Shown: in pieces, positions 18,543 through 27,957 of the stretch
Layout of the letters: the number at the start of each line of letters is the position of its first letter
Numbering within the stretch: position 1 is the first letter of the stretch
Assembly (NCBI GenBank): GCA_947449695.1
Contig: CANFST010000014.1
Coordinates: forward strand, 1,430 to 65,429
Direction: 5' to 3'
Length of the DNA: 64,000 nt
Source of the DNA: Chitinophagales bacterium
GTDB taxonomy: Bacteria > Bacteroidota > Bacteroidia > Chitinophagales > CAIODY01
The notes under the pieces: model-generated
Seen by the model: the letters and a program-made list of their open reading frames with translations, nothing else
Told to the model about the DNA's origin: nothing
Database searches by the model: none
Made by a program: the position numbers and the translations under genes

Positions 18543-19585
18543 AGCTCAAAAATCTTTTCAATTTCAAATTTCTCAATGCATTCGTGTTTTATCTGAAGCT
18601 TATTCCAGTTTTTTGTAGTTAATTTTCTGATAGTATTTAAAAGCGAAGTTTCATCGCCTTGTTCAATCACAAATCCATTATTATCATTTATCATTTCATC
18701 AACTCCACTAACTTGGTATGCAATTACAGGTGTACCTACAGATAGCGACTCTAACACAACATTTGGAAACCCTTCTGTAAAGGATGTTAGTATTAGGGCA
18801 TCATAATCAATCAAAGTTTCTTTAGCATTTTTACTTTGCCCACAAATTTTTACTCTTTGCTCTAAATTTAATTCTTTAATTTTTTCGAGAAGTACGTTTT
18901 CTAAATGACCAGAACCATAGATGTCTAAAGAAAAGTTATTAGAAAGTTTTGCCATTGCTTCAATTAATCTGATATGACCTTTTTCAGGTGAAAATCTTCC
19001 AATTGTAACTAGTTTAATTGTTTCATTTGGTTGCCTAGTATTTATTAAAGAGGTATATTGAATTGGGTTAGAAATAATTGTAAGTTTATTTTCAAGTAAA
19101 CCATAATGATTCATCATCGAGTTTTTCATTCCGATGGATTGACAAATGATTTTATCAAATTTAGGGTAGATAAATTTAATTAAACTCAATACAACTTTTG
19201 CTCTGAAATAATGCTTTGTTAAGTGCATCTTCATTTGATTTGTAATGCTTGATTCACGAGCAAATAGCTGAGTTGGTTTAATAAAGAATGATAATAAACC
19301 TATCCAAATATTTAAATGAGTTCCAGTTACAAAAATTGCATCTGGTTGAATTTGCCTAATCGTTGTTAACAATTTAAACAACCCTTTGGAGGCTCTTGGT
19401 GCGTTTAGATGTATTATTTTTAATTCCTCCTCAAAATCGTTAAAAAATGCATTATCAGAATTAATGACGACCAAAGTAGTTTCAAAATGTTTAGCAAAAT
19501 AGTTGCTGATTAACCAAAAAACTCTTTCAGAACCACCAGCTTTTAAACTATTTAAAACAAATACTATTTTTTTAGGATTACCCAT
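18518..19585 (-). CDS. GT4-family glycosyltransferase
   Basis: TEGFPNVVLESLSVGTPVIAYQVSG motif. The N-terminus KIVFVLNSLKAGGSERV is typical of GT4. Confidence 0.85.
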   Translation of the reverse strand: MGNPKKIVFVLNSLKAGGSERVFWLISNYFAKHFETTLVVINSDNAFFNDFEEELKIIHLNAPRASKGLFKLLTTIRQIQPDAIFVTGTHLNIWIGLLSFFIKPTQLFARESSITNQMKMHLTKHYFRAKVVLSLIKFIYPKFDKIICQSIGMKNSMMNHYGLLENKLTIISNPIQYTSLINTRQPNETIKLVTIGRFSPEKGHIRLIEAMAKLSNNFSLDIYGSGHLENVLLEKIKELNLEQRVKICGQSKNAKETLIDYDALILTSFTEGFPNVVLESLSVGTPVIAYQVSGVDEMINDNNGFVIEQGDETSLLNTIRKLTTKNWNKLQIKHECIEKFEIEKIFELYKNLFSK

Positions 19586-19586
19586 T

Positions 19587-21392
19587 TTAAGATTTGTTTT
19601 TTATCCAATTTATCATCACTAATAAATTCCAGATTACGGCAGAGTGATTATATTTTCCACTTTGATGTTCTTTTAGTTTTTGCTTCACCACATCAGAATT
19701 AATACCCTCAATTAAATTTAGATTTTCTTTGGTTAGGGTGTCATTTAAATACTCTTTAAGTTCTTTTCTAAACCAATTATCTAAAGGGACACCAAAACCT
19801 TTTTTAGGCCTGTCGAAAAGTTCTCTCGGAGCGTATTTATACAATAAATCCTTTAGTATTCTTTTCTTATTTCCTTTTTGATATCTGTATTCAATTGGCA
19901 AAGTACGTGCAAATTCAATTACTCTGTAATCTAAAAATGGACTACGAACCTCTAATGAAGCACTCATTGAAGCTCTGTCAACCTTTACATTGCTATCGTT
20001 AGCTAACCAAAAGTTTATGTTATAATCGGAGGCTTTTTGTAAGTAATGGTTATTATTAATCAAAATGTCTTTTTCAAATATTGGTACATTGTTTTTTGGT
20101 GTATAAAATTCAGATTTTAACCGATAAATGTTAGTTATAAAATCATCCAGGCTTTTTTGTTTTAGTTGATTTGCAATTTTCTGTAACCTATCATTTGGTA
20201 AAGAATTGAGCATAATGGCAAGTGGTTGCCTTAAGCCATAAGGAATATTAAAAACTGAGTGAGCTTTATAAATCCAATCGTAAAAATTATATCCAAGAAA
20301 ACCTTCGTCACCGCCATCACCGCTTAAAGCAACAGTTACTTTTGTTTTAGTAGCCATTGCCAAAAGAACAGATGGTATGGCGGAAGAATCTGCAAATGGC
20401 TCATCATAATATTTATTCAAGGATTCTATTACTGCTATGCCGTCAGTTATTTTACAGGGTATATTAGTATGATTAGTTTTTAAATAGCCTGCAGTATTTG
20501 TTGCATAAGGGCTTTCGTCATAATCTTCTAAATCGAACTTCACAGAGAATGTTTTTAGTTGTTCTGCTGAGTTTCTGGATGCTAATGCTGCAATTGTACT
20601 TGAATCAATGCCTCCAGATAGAAAACAACCCAAGGGTACATCAGCTAACATTCTCAATTTTATAGCATCGGTTAACAAATCTTCCAATTCCTCTAAAGCT
20701 TCACTATAAGATCCTTTGTATGTTTCAGAATTGTTGGGCAAATGATAGTATTTCTCTATAATAAATTCTCTATTATTTAAATTAAAAGAAAAACAACACC
20801 CAGCCCCAAGTTTACTGATTTCGTCATAAATACATAAAGGTTCTGGAATGTATCTGTAAGTAAAAAATGCTTCAACGGCTTGTTCTGAAATTTTAAATTG
20901 ATTTCCGATTGCAATTTGCGATGGTTGTGATGCACACTCTAATTCATTATTAACTAATGAGAAGTACAGAGGTTTTTTACCAAACCTATCACGTGCCCCA
21001 AAAATTGTCTTTGATGCCGAATCATAAATTACAAAGGCAAACATTCCATTTAGTTTGGATAAACATGCTTTGCCGTATTTGTGATAAAGAGCACATAAAA
21101 CTTCAGTATCAGAATTTGTTGTAAAGGAATATCCAAGCTTCGATAATTCTGATTTTAAGGTTTTGTAATTATAAATTTCACCATTAAATACAATATGTAA
21201 ATTAAGATAAGAAAATGGTTGGTTTGAACGTTCATCTAAATCAATAATTGCAAGCCTATTGTGCCCTAATATAACTTGATTATCAATTCGAATAAATTTA
21301 GAAAAATCCGGACCTCTGAAATTTATTTTTTCTAATTTAACTTTAACAAGATCTGCTGAATATAACTTTGTACTGAAATAAATTCCACACAT
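19587..21392 (-). CDS. Asparagine synthase (glutamine-hydrolysing)-like amidotransferase
   Basis: N-terminal MCGI (Ntn Cys2) and the PP-loop motif SGGIDSS. The gene lies inside the glycan locus. Confidence 0.88.
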   Translation of the reverse strand: MCGIYFSTKLYSADLVKVKLEKINFRGPDFSKFIRIDNQVILGHNRLAIIDLDERSNQPFSYLNLHIVFNGEIYNYKTLKSELSKLGYSFTTNSDTEVLCALYHKYGKACLSKLNGMFAFVIYDSASKTIFGARDRFGKKPLYFSLVNNELECASQPSQIAIGNQFKISEQAVEAFFTYRYIPEPLCIYDEISKLGAGCCFSFNLNNREFIIEKYYHLPNNSETYKGSYSEALEELEDLLTDAIKLRMLADVPLGCFLSGGIDSSTIAALASRNSAEQLKTFSVKFDLEDYDESPYATNTAGYLKTNHTNIPCKITDGIAVIESLNKYYDEPFADSSAIPSVLLAMATKTKVTVALSGDGGDEGFLGYNFYDWIYKAHSVFNIPYGLRQPLAIMLNSLPNDRLQKIANQLKQKSLDDFITNIYRLKSEFYTPKNNVPIFEKDILINNNHYLQKASDYNINFWLANDSNVKVDRASMSASLEVRSPFLDYRVIEFARTLPIEYRYQKGNKKRILKDLLYKYAPRELFDRPKKGFGVPLDNWFRKELKEYLNDTLTKENLNLIEGINSDVVKQKLKEHQSGKYNHSAVIWNLLVMINWIKNKS

Positions 21393-21409
21393 ATTTTTTT
21401 GTTTGTTAT

Positions 21410-21417
21410 CAAAAGTA
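21410..21417 (-). promoter_or_regulatory. Candidate -7 box (TACTTTTG on the minus strand) for the asnB-like gene
   Basis: Exact TAnnTTTG ending 17 nt upstream of the ATG at 21392. Confidence 0.4.
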
Positions 21418-21489
21418 TTGTTTTCCTATTTTCTGTGTATTATCTAACAAAATCATTTTAAAAAAATACAGCAAAATTTTGCACTAAAA

Positions 21490-22755
21490 TCAATTCATTT
21501 GTTTGGCCTCATTTTTAGTAAAAGTATTATACAATAAGGCTGTAATTAGTGCTGTGGAAAAAAGCAAAGCTACTCTTTTTTGAATTTCAATTTGAGTAAG
21601 TAAATCATTCCGGTGTGAATAAAAACAGAAATAAACAAAGGATACTATTAAAAATGATTTTAAAATTTTACCAGAATTATAGAGTAATAAATTTCCAATA
21701 AGTACAATTCCAAAAAAAATAAACACAAAAATAATTAAACCTGCCCAACCTTCTGATGCAAATACAAATGCCCAAATATTATTTCCTGCACCATAAGTGA
21801 GTTTGGGATAAACCAAGTTTTGATTAAAATAAACTAATTTTTGGTCTTGAAAATCAACTTTATTGAACAAAAACCCAAAACTCTTTACAATAGAACGTAA
21901 AGCAATAGGGTCGGTTTTTACTTTTTGGCGAATCACCTCATTTAAATTTGTTTGAATTATAAATGGTTCTGCTTGAGTGATAGCAGTTGTATAAACATTT
22001 ATGTTTGTTGCACTTTTAATAATAAAATCCATTCTAAAATTTCTGATTTGATTGGCAAATTGTTTGTAAAGGAAGAAGAAATAAATAGTTGCCAAAATCC
22101 CAAAATTGATAGCGATGTATTTTAATCGAAAAAAATAAATCAACAACTTTTGTTTTCCCATGCTATACATATAATATATAATAACTGTAATAGCCGAAAA
22201 AGCAGCAGCAGATCTGTGACCTACAAACAAATGAAGTAATAGCAATAAAATGCCGAAAGTAAAATGAATTTTTTTCTTATTGATATAAGATAAGATGATT
22301 ACAAAAATGCTTGACAATCCCCAAATCAACTCCCAATATGTTCCATTTTGTTTTTCTAATAATTCAGTTTTTGAAATACCAGCAAAAACATCTCGACCGA
22401 AAAGATAAAAAAAGGCAACACTACCTATTATACCAATAACAACAAACACTTTTTCTAAATTAGGAATTATAACTTCCTTGGAAGTATATTTTATAACGAT
22501 TTTTGAAAAAACAAAGTCAAAAATTAAAGTATAAAAAAGTATAGTAAAAAAAATAATGGCATAAATCAAGTAAGCTTCTGGCTGAATATCGTATAGGGGT
22601 GCGTAGGTTGTAGGTAAAGTATAATACCCAAAAAAAGCTGGTAAAAAGTAAACAACTGAACTAATAAAACTTAGAAGAAAAAAATCAACTTTTCTGTTTT
22701 TTATTAAAAAATAAAAAAGATTGACAAAAAAAGAAAATAAAAATAAATCTCTCAT
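21490..22755 (-). CDS. Polytopic membrane protein, probable Wzy-type O-antigen/EPS polymerase
   Basis: 421 aa, almost entirely hydrophobic segments with one larger loop. It sits directly downstream of the flippase. I cannot name a motif, so the call rests on context and topology. Confidence 0.5.
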   Translation of the reverse strand: MRDLFLFSFFVNLFYFLIKNRKVDFFLLSFISSVVYFLPAFFGYYTLPTTYAPLYDIQPEAYLIYAIIFFTILFYTLIFDFVFSKIVIKYTSKEVIIPNLEKVFVVIGIIGSVAFFYLFGRDVFAGISKTELLEKQNGTYWELIWGLSSIFVIILSYINKKKIHFTFGILLLLLHLFVGHRSAAAFSAITVIIYYMYSMGKQKLLIYFFRLKYIAINFGILATIYFFFLYKQFANQIRNFRMDFIIKSATNINVYTTAITQAEPFIIQTNLNEVIRQKVKTDPIALRSIVKSFGFLFNKVDFQDQKLVYFNQNLVYPKLTYGAGNNIWAFVFASEGWAGLIIFVFIFFGIVLIGNLLLYNSGKILKSFLIVSFVYFCFYSHRNDLLTQIEIQKRVALLFSTALITALLYNTFTKNEAKQMN

Positions 22756-24236
22756 TACTCTGCCTTTTTTATTCTGCTTCGAAGCACCTCAAGTGCCATG
22801 CTTGAAGTTTCTTTGATAGTTTTGATGCCAAACCAATTCCAATTGAAAAATAAAAATAAATAACTTGCACTAACGAATATAGAAAGTATGATTTGTTCAA
22901 TGTCTTGATGATCGCCTATATTAGTTAATAGATAAGAAAAAATAAAAAAAGTAATTTCGCTTAAGAAGAAAAACATAATTGGTGTATAAAAAATAGTCGC
23001 TATTTTTTTCCAAGATACTTTTAATTGATTTACGGCAATGATTAGCATTGCTATTAAATGGATAAAGCTAGAAAGCATTATAGCCATTGAAGCATAGTTG
23101 ATGCCTTTGTGAGCCGCTAACCAGGTGAATACTACTATTGAAATAAGATACACAGCTTTTGCATAAATATTATTTGTTAAACTGCCTGTTGACCTTGAAA
23201 GGGTATCAATGAATCGTGGAATTACATTAAATAAAAAAGTTATAGACAAAACAACGAATAATAATGCATAACCATTCCATTTATTGCCTAACAGAATATG
23301 CATTATAAAAGTAGAATTATTTATCAATAAAAAAATACCAACCGTTAAAAAAAATAACATTACCTCTAAAAAATGTAAAAATATTTTTTGAGTAGCAACT
23401 GTATCTTTTTGTGTTTTTGCCAAAGATGAAAACAATACACTATCGAAAGCGCTGCCTAACATTTTTAAAACATTATCAAACAGATATTGTATTCTTTCAA
23501 ATATTCCAACAGAATAAAGTCCGCAGATTTTACCTATAATTATCTTATCAATTTTTACTGAAATAATACTTAATGTATTTACCAAAGTTAATCTGCCACC
23601 GTAGTGAAAAATCTCTTTCAGATATTTTTTTTCAGTTAAAATTCCATAGTGAAATTTTGCCGAATAACTCATCATCAAAAATGCAACAATACCACAAATT
23701 AATTGGGTAATAATTAATGCTAATAAACCATATCCTAGATAAACCAAACCTATAGAAAAAAATAAATTAATGAATACAATGATATTATCAATAATTGCTA
23801 TTTTTTTAAATCCAAATTGTCTTATTAATAACGAACGAGGAATCATTGAGTAAGTGCGAAAAACAAAAATTAACATTAGGTAGATTTTGAATTTTTCAAA
23901 ATCTATATCAATAAATCCATTGATTTGCTGATGTAATAAAAGAATAAGCAAAACAATTATCAGGCAAACGATTGAGCTGATTAATGTAGTGGCATTTATT
24001 TTTTTCTGATTGATTTCGATGGAGTGAATTAAAGAAGAACCAAAGCCGAATTCAGCAAGAGAACATAAAAAACCAACCATTACCATAGCAATAGCATATT
24101 GCCCTAATATGTAAGGAGAAACATGACGAGATAAAAAGTAAAACAAAATAAATCCCGAAAAAACGCTAATGAAAATGGAAAATATTTGCCAAAAAATACC
24201 GGTAAAAAAGTGATGTTTTATTGTTGCTTTTTCCAT
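22755..24236 (-). CDS. wzx: Wzx-type polysaccharide flippase (MOP superfamily)
   Basis: 493 aa with 12 or more hydrophobic segments and the usual organisation of polysaccharide-biosynthesis/MOP proteins. Its stop shares one nucleotide with the next ATG (TAATG). Confidence 0.7.
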   Translation of the reverse strand: MEKATIKHHFFTGIFWQIFSIFISVFSGFILFYFLSRHVSPYILGQYAIAMVMVGFLCSLAEFGFGSSLIHSIEINQKKINATTLISSIVCLIIVLLILLLHQQINGFIDIDFEKFKIYLMLIFVFRTYSMIPRSLLIRQFGFKKIAIIDNIIVFINLFFSIGLVYLGYGLLALIITQLICGIVAFLMMSYSAKFHYGILTEKKYLKEIFHYGGRLTLVNTLSIISVKIDKIIIGKICGLYSVGIFERIQYLFDNVLKMLGSAFDSVLFSSLAKTQKDTVATQKIFLHFLEVMLFFLTVGIFLLINNSTFIMHILLGNKWNGYALLFVVLSITFLFNVIPRFIDTLSRSTGSLTNNIYAKAVYLISIVVFTWLAAHKGINYASMAIMLSSFIHLIAMLIIAVNQLKVSWKKIATIFYTPIMFFFLSEITFFIFSYLLTNIGDHQDIEQIILSIFVSASYLFLFFNWNWFGIKTIKETSSMALEVLRSRIKKAE

Positions 24237-24269
24237 TTATAAACAAATAAATTTAGCTTTAAATTACTA

Positions 24270-25367
24270 TCAAGATGATAAATGTAATTCAGTATTTATT
24301 TTTACTATAATTAAATAACCAACAAATAGTAAAAATGAGAAAAACAATGTTAAGAAAATCATCAACACAGGTTTTAACTGCATAGGTTCTAATGGTAAAT
24401 GTGGTTTATCAATTAATTGAAAAATTGGAGTTTCGCTTTCAATTTCAAATTTTACTTTATCTAAATTTTGTGCAGTTTCATTATACATTATTCCTAATAT
24501 AGATAGCTCACGTTTTAAAACATTTTGGTCAAAGGTGCCGGCTTGTCTGATATTAAGTTTTGTAGCGTCAATATTTTTATTAAAAAGTATTTCTTTATCG
24601 AAAAGAACCTGACGTAATGAATCGAATCTGTTTTGAACTAGTTGGTATAAAACTTTATTCTTCTCAATTTTTTTGTTGATATAAAAATTGCTAGCATGAC
24701 TAACTAATTGTTCGCACAAAATCTTGCTCGATAGTTGGTTGGTTGTGGTTATTGCACATTCAATTATTTCGGATTTATTTATTTTTATGTTCAAAAATTT
24801 TTCTCTTATAGTTGAACAAAGCCAGTTTATTACTCTTATTTCTTTGGCGTCCATATTGTCTAGATTGTCATTTTTGAAACGAAAATCGACATCGGTTTTT
24901 AAATATTTTTTAATTCGTTTTTGTAAATGAAGGCTATCAATAAGTTCATTAGCGATTAACTGATTGTTTGATGTTTTTGATAGTAAAGAAGCAGAAATAA
25001 TAGATTGAGATTGTATTAAATCCTGAACTTTATCGCCCGTAATTTCCGACTCGGGCATTCCGATTCCAATTTGCGAAGCAAAATTTAATATGGAATTTAA
25101 TCCTTGTCCCCCTGTTTCATTTATCATGAAAGTAATTGTAGCATCATATTTGGGTTGGTTAAAGAAAAAGCAATAACCTAAGCCAATTCCGCTACAAACA
25201 ATTAGAATAAAAAAAAATACCTTTATTCTTTTTTTTGCATCCCAATAAATTGCTTTAAAAGATTTTAGCAATTGTTTTAGTGTGTATTCTTGTTCTTCCA
25301 ATGGTAGTGGTGTATTTAATTTTAAGCAGAAAATGAAATTGCAAATCAAATTTTCTAAAGATTGCAA
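24270..25367 (-). CDS. Wzz-like chain-length determinant protein (5' end uncertain)
   Basis: One N-terminal TM (FFFILIVCSGIGLGYCFF), a long soluble middle and a C-terminal TM (VLMIFLTLFFSFLLFVGYLIIV). There is no in-frame ATG near the 5' end. The TTG at 25367 lies inside a -7 box, so TTG at 25301 is an alternative start. Confidence 0.55.
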   Translation of the reverse strand: MQSLENLICNFIFCLKLNTPLPLEEQEYTLKQLLKSFKAIYWDAKKRIKVFFFILIVCSGIGLGYCFFFNQPKYDATITFMINETGGQGLNSILNFASQIGIGMPESEITGDKVQDLIQSQSIISASLLSKTSNNQLIANELIDSLHLQKRIKKYLKTDVDFRFKNDNLDNMDAKEIRVINWLCSTIREKFLNIKINKSEIIECAITTTNQLSSKILCEQLVSHASNFYINKKIEKNKVLYQLVQNRFDSLRQVLFDKEILFNKNIDATKLNIRQAGTFDQNVLKRELSILGIMYNETAQNLDKVKFEIESETPIFQLIDKPHLPLEPMQLKPVLMIFLTLFFSFLLFVGYLIIVKINTELHLSS

Positions 25368-25372
25368 ATATA
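25365..25372 (-). promoter_or_regulatory. Candidate -7 box (TATATTTG on the minus strand) for the glycan locus
   Basis: Exact TAnnTTTG whose TTG is the track's predicted start codon for the Wzz-like ORF. Confidence 0.4.
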
Positions 25373-25557
25373 ATTAATATATGTCAATTTTTTTTGACCG
25401 AAAAGGCTTTATGGCAGAACAAAGTCAAGTTATTTGCTGTTGTAAAGGCTCTATTATCATAATGATATTAAAAAGTTTTTCAAATCGTTTGAATAATTCG
25501 AATCTAATTACTACTTTCACCTTATCGTTGAAAAAGTGAAGAAAAGAACAAATTAAT

Positions 25558-27897
25558 ATGCCAACATCTGTAAAAAAAGCTGCCCCAAAAAAAGCAGCAA
25601 AGGAAAAACAACCGCCTAAAAAATCTTTACCTAAAAAAGAAGCTTACGAAAAACAAGGTTCTGTTTATAAAAGCATTGGAAAATCAGCAGCTTTAAATCC
25701 AAAAATGGGCGAAGCTTTGCACAAATATTTTGGTTTTGATTCTTTTAAAGGAAATCAGGAAGCTATTATTGAAGCTGTTTTAAACGGGAAAGATAGTTTG
25801 GTGATTATGCCTACAGGCGGTGGAAAATCAATGTGCTACCAATTGCCTGCGTTGATGAGCGAAGGCACTGCAATAATTGTATCGCCATTAATTGCATTAA
25901 TGAAAAACCAAGTAGATGCAATTCGCAGTTATGGCGAAAACGATTCTGTAGCGCATTTTTTAAATTCATCCCTCAATAAAACGCAATCGAAAAAAGTTAA
26001 AGAAGATATTAAAAAGGGGCACACAAAATTATTGTACATAGCCCCTGAAACTTTAACGAAGGAAGATAATGTTGAGTTTTTTAAAGGAATTAAAGTATCC
26101 TTTGTTGCTGTTGATGAAGCGCATTGTATCAGTGAGTGGGGACATGATTTCCGACCAGAATATCGCCGCATAAAAGAAATGATAAAAGCCTTCGACCAAA
26201 AAATTCCTTTAATGGCTTTAACCGCAACTGCAACTCCAAAAGTGCAAAGTGATATTTTGAAAAATTTGGGAATGCACAAACCTGAAATTTTTATTTCTTC
26301 GTTCAATCGTCCAAATTTATTTTATGAAGTATTACCGAAAAGAAAAAAGGAAGACACTATAAAAGAAATCATTCGTTTCATCCGCAAACACCAAGGAAAA
26401 TCAGGCATTATATATACTTTGAGTAGAAAAATGGCTGAAGAAATTGCACAAATTTTATCCGTTAACGGGGTAAAAGCTGTTGCTTATCATGCTGGTTTAG
26501 AAGCTGCTGTTCGTAGCCAAAGGCAAGATTGGTTTTTGATGCAAGAAACTGATGTAATAGTAGCTACCATTGCATTTGGAATGGGTATTGATAAACCTGA
26601 TGTAAGGTTTGTTATTCACTATAACTTCCCGAAAAGTTTAGAAAATTATTATCAAGAAACAGGTAGAAGTGGACGTGATGGCTTGGAAGGAATCTGTAGA
26701 AGTTATTATTCATATAATGATTTATTGAAACTGGAAAAATTCATGAGAGATAAGCCCATGGCCGAACGTGAGTTGGGTGGGCAATTGCTGATGGAAATGG
26801 AAGCATTTGCTGAAACATCGGTTTGCCGTAGAAAATTTATCTTGCATTATTTCGGCGAAAGGTATGAAGACAAAAATTGTGGCATGTGCGACAATTGTGT
26901 GAACCCAAAAGAAGCCATTGAAGGAAAAGATTACATAAATACTGTATTGAAAATTGTAAAAGCGGTTGGCGAAAATTATGGCATTGATTACATCGTAAAA
27001 ATTGTGACTGGCAAAAAAGACCAGCAATTAGTGATGTTTGGACACGATAAGTTGAAAGAATTTGGTACTGGAATAAAACAAGGCGACCATTTTTGGAATT
27101 CAGTTGTTCGCCAAGCACTCATCAATAATTTTGTAAAAAAAGATATTGAGCAATATGGTTTGTTGAAATTAACCGATGAAGGAAAAGAATTTTTGAAAAA
27201 GCCAGTTTCCCTCAAAATCACCATGAATCACAATTACGAGGTGGTGGAAGATACTGATGATGATGATGTGATTACCAACACTTCAAGTTCAAGTTCTGGG
27301 GCTTTGGATAATACACTAATGAAAATGCTGAAAGATTTGGTGAAAAAAGTAGCACAAGAAAAGAAGCTACCACCATTTGTAATTTTCCAAGACCCGTCAT
27401 TGAATGATATGGCAACTATTTATCCAACCACTTTAGAAGAGTTGGAAAATTGCCAAGGGGTTAGTAAAGGAAAAGCTGTACGGTACGGAAAACCTTTCGT
27501 AGAGCTGATTGCAAAGTATGTGGAAGACAATAACATCGAGCGTCCGTTGGATATGTTGATTAAAACAATCGCTAACAAATCAGCTAACAAAGTGCAAATT
27601 ATTCAAAACGTTGACAAGAAAATTCCGTTAGATGAAATTGCTCGTCAACGAAATTTGAGTATGGTTGATTTGATGACTGAATTGGAAACTATTGTTGCCA
27701 GTGGAACAAAATTAAATTTGAGTTATTACATCGACCAACACATTGATGAATATACACAGCAAGATATTTTTGATTACTTCAAACATGCCGCTACCGATGA
27801 TATTGCGACGGCTGTGAATGAATTAGGAAAAGAAGATTTTGATTACGAACAGGTGCAATTAATGCGTATAAAATTCATGAGTGAATTAGGAAATTAA
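25558..27897 (+). CDS. recQ: ATP-dependent DNA helicase RecQ
   Basis: PTGGGKS, DEAHCISEWGHDFRPEY, a zinc-binding Cys cluster (CRRKFILHYFGE...CGMCDNC) and a C-terminal HRDC-like region. An alternative ATG at 25705 would remove a Lys-rich 49-aa tail. Confidence 0.93.
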   Translation: MPTSVKKAAPKKAAKEKQPPKKSLPKKEAYEKQGSVYKSIGKSAALNPKMGEALHKYFGFDSFKGNQEAIIEAVLNGKDSLVIMPTGGGKSMCYQLPALMSEGTAIIVSPLIALMKNQVDAIRSYGENDSVAHFLNSSLNKTQSKKVKEDIKKGHTKLLYIAPETLTKEDNVEFFKGIKVSFVAVDEAHCISEWGHDFRPEYRRIKEMIKAFDQKIPLMALTATATPKVQSDILKNLGMHKPEIFISSFNRPNLFYEVLPKRKKEDTIKEIIRFIRKHQGKSGIIYTLSRKMAEEIAQILSVNGVKAVAYHAGLEAAVRSQRQDWFLMQETDVIVATIAFGMGIDKPDVRFVIHYNFPKSLENYYQETGRSGRDGLEGICRSYYSYNDLLKLEKFMRDKPMAERELGGQLLMEMEAFAETSVCRRKFILHYFGERYEDKNCGMCDNCVNPKEAIEGKDYINTVLKIVKAVGENYGIDYIVKIVTGKKDQQLVMFGHDKLKEFGTGIKQGDHFWNSVVRQALINNFVKKDIEQYGLLKLTDEGKEFLKKPVSLKITMNHNYEVVEDTDDDDVITNTSSSSSGALDNTLMKMLKDLVKKVAQEKKLPPFVIFQDPSLNDMATIYPTTLEELENCQGVSKGKAVRYGKPFVELIAKYVEDNNIERPLDMLIKTIANKSANKVQIIQNVDKKIPLDEIARQRNLSMVDLMTELETIVASGTKLNLSYYIDQHIDEYTQQDIFDYFKHAATDDIATAVNELGKEDFDYEQVQLMRIKFMSELGN

Positions 27898-27923
27898 AAT
27901 CGTTCAATAAAATTAAACTTTAC

Positions 27924-27955
27924 AAAAAACGCCATTCAACTGAATGGCGTTTTTT
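27924..27955. terminator. Bidirectional rho-independent terminator (recQ / rnhB)
   Basis: Stem AACGCCATTCA / TGAATGGCGTT flanked by an A-run and a T-run, between convergent stops. Confidence 0.85.
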
Positions 27956-27957
27956 CG

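Noticed and set aside
25381-25539. 52-codon plus-strand ORF (MSIFFDRKGFMAEQSQVICCCKGS...) in the wzz-recQ intergenic region
   Set aside because: It has no signal peptide, motif or promoter-like box upstream. It contains the near-consensus -7 box that better serves recQ and is probably non-coding.
25929-27224. Several 78-125-aa minus-strand ORFs inside recQ
   Set aside because: They are antisense to a full-length, motif-complete RecQ gene and have no recognisable features.
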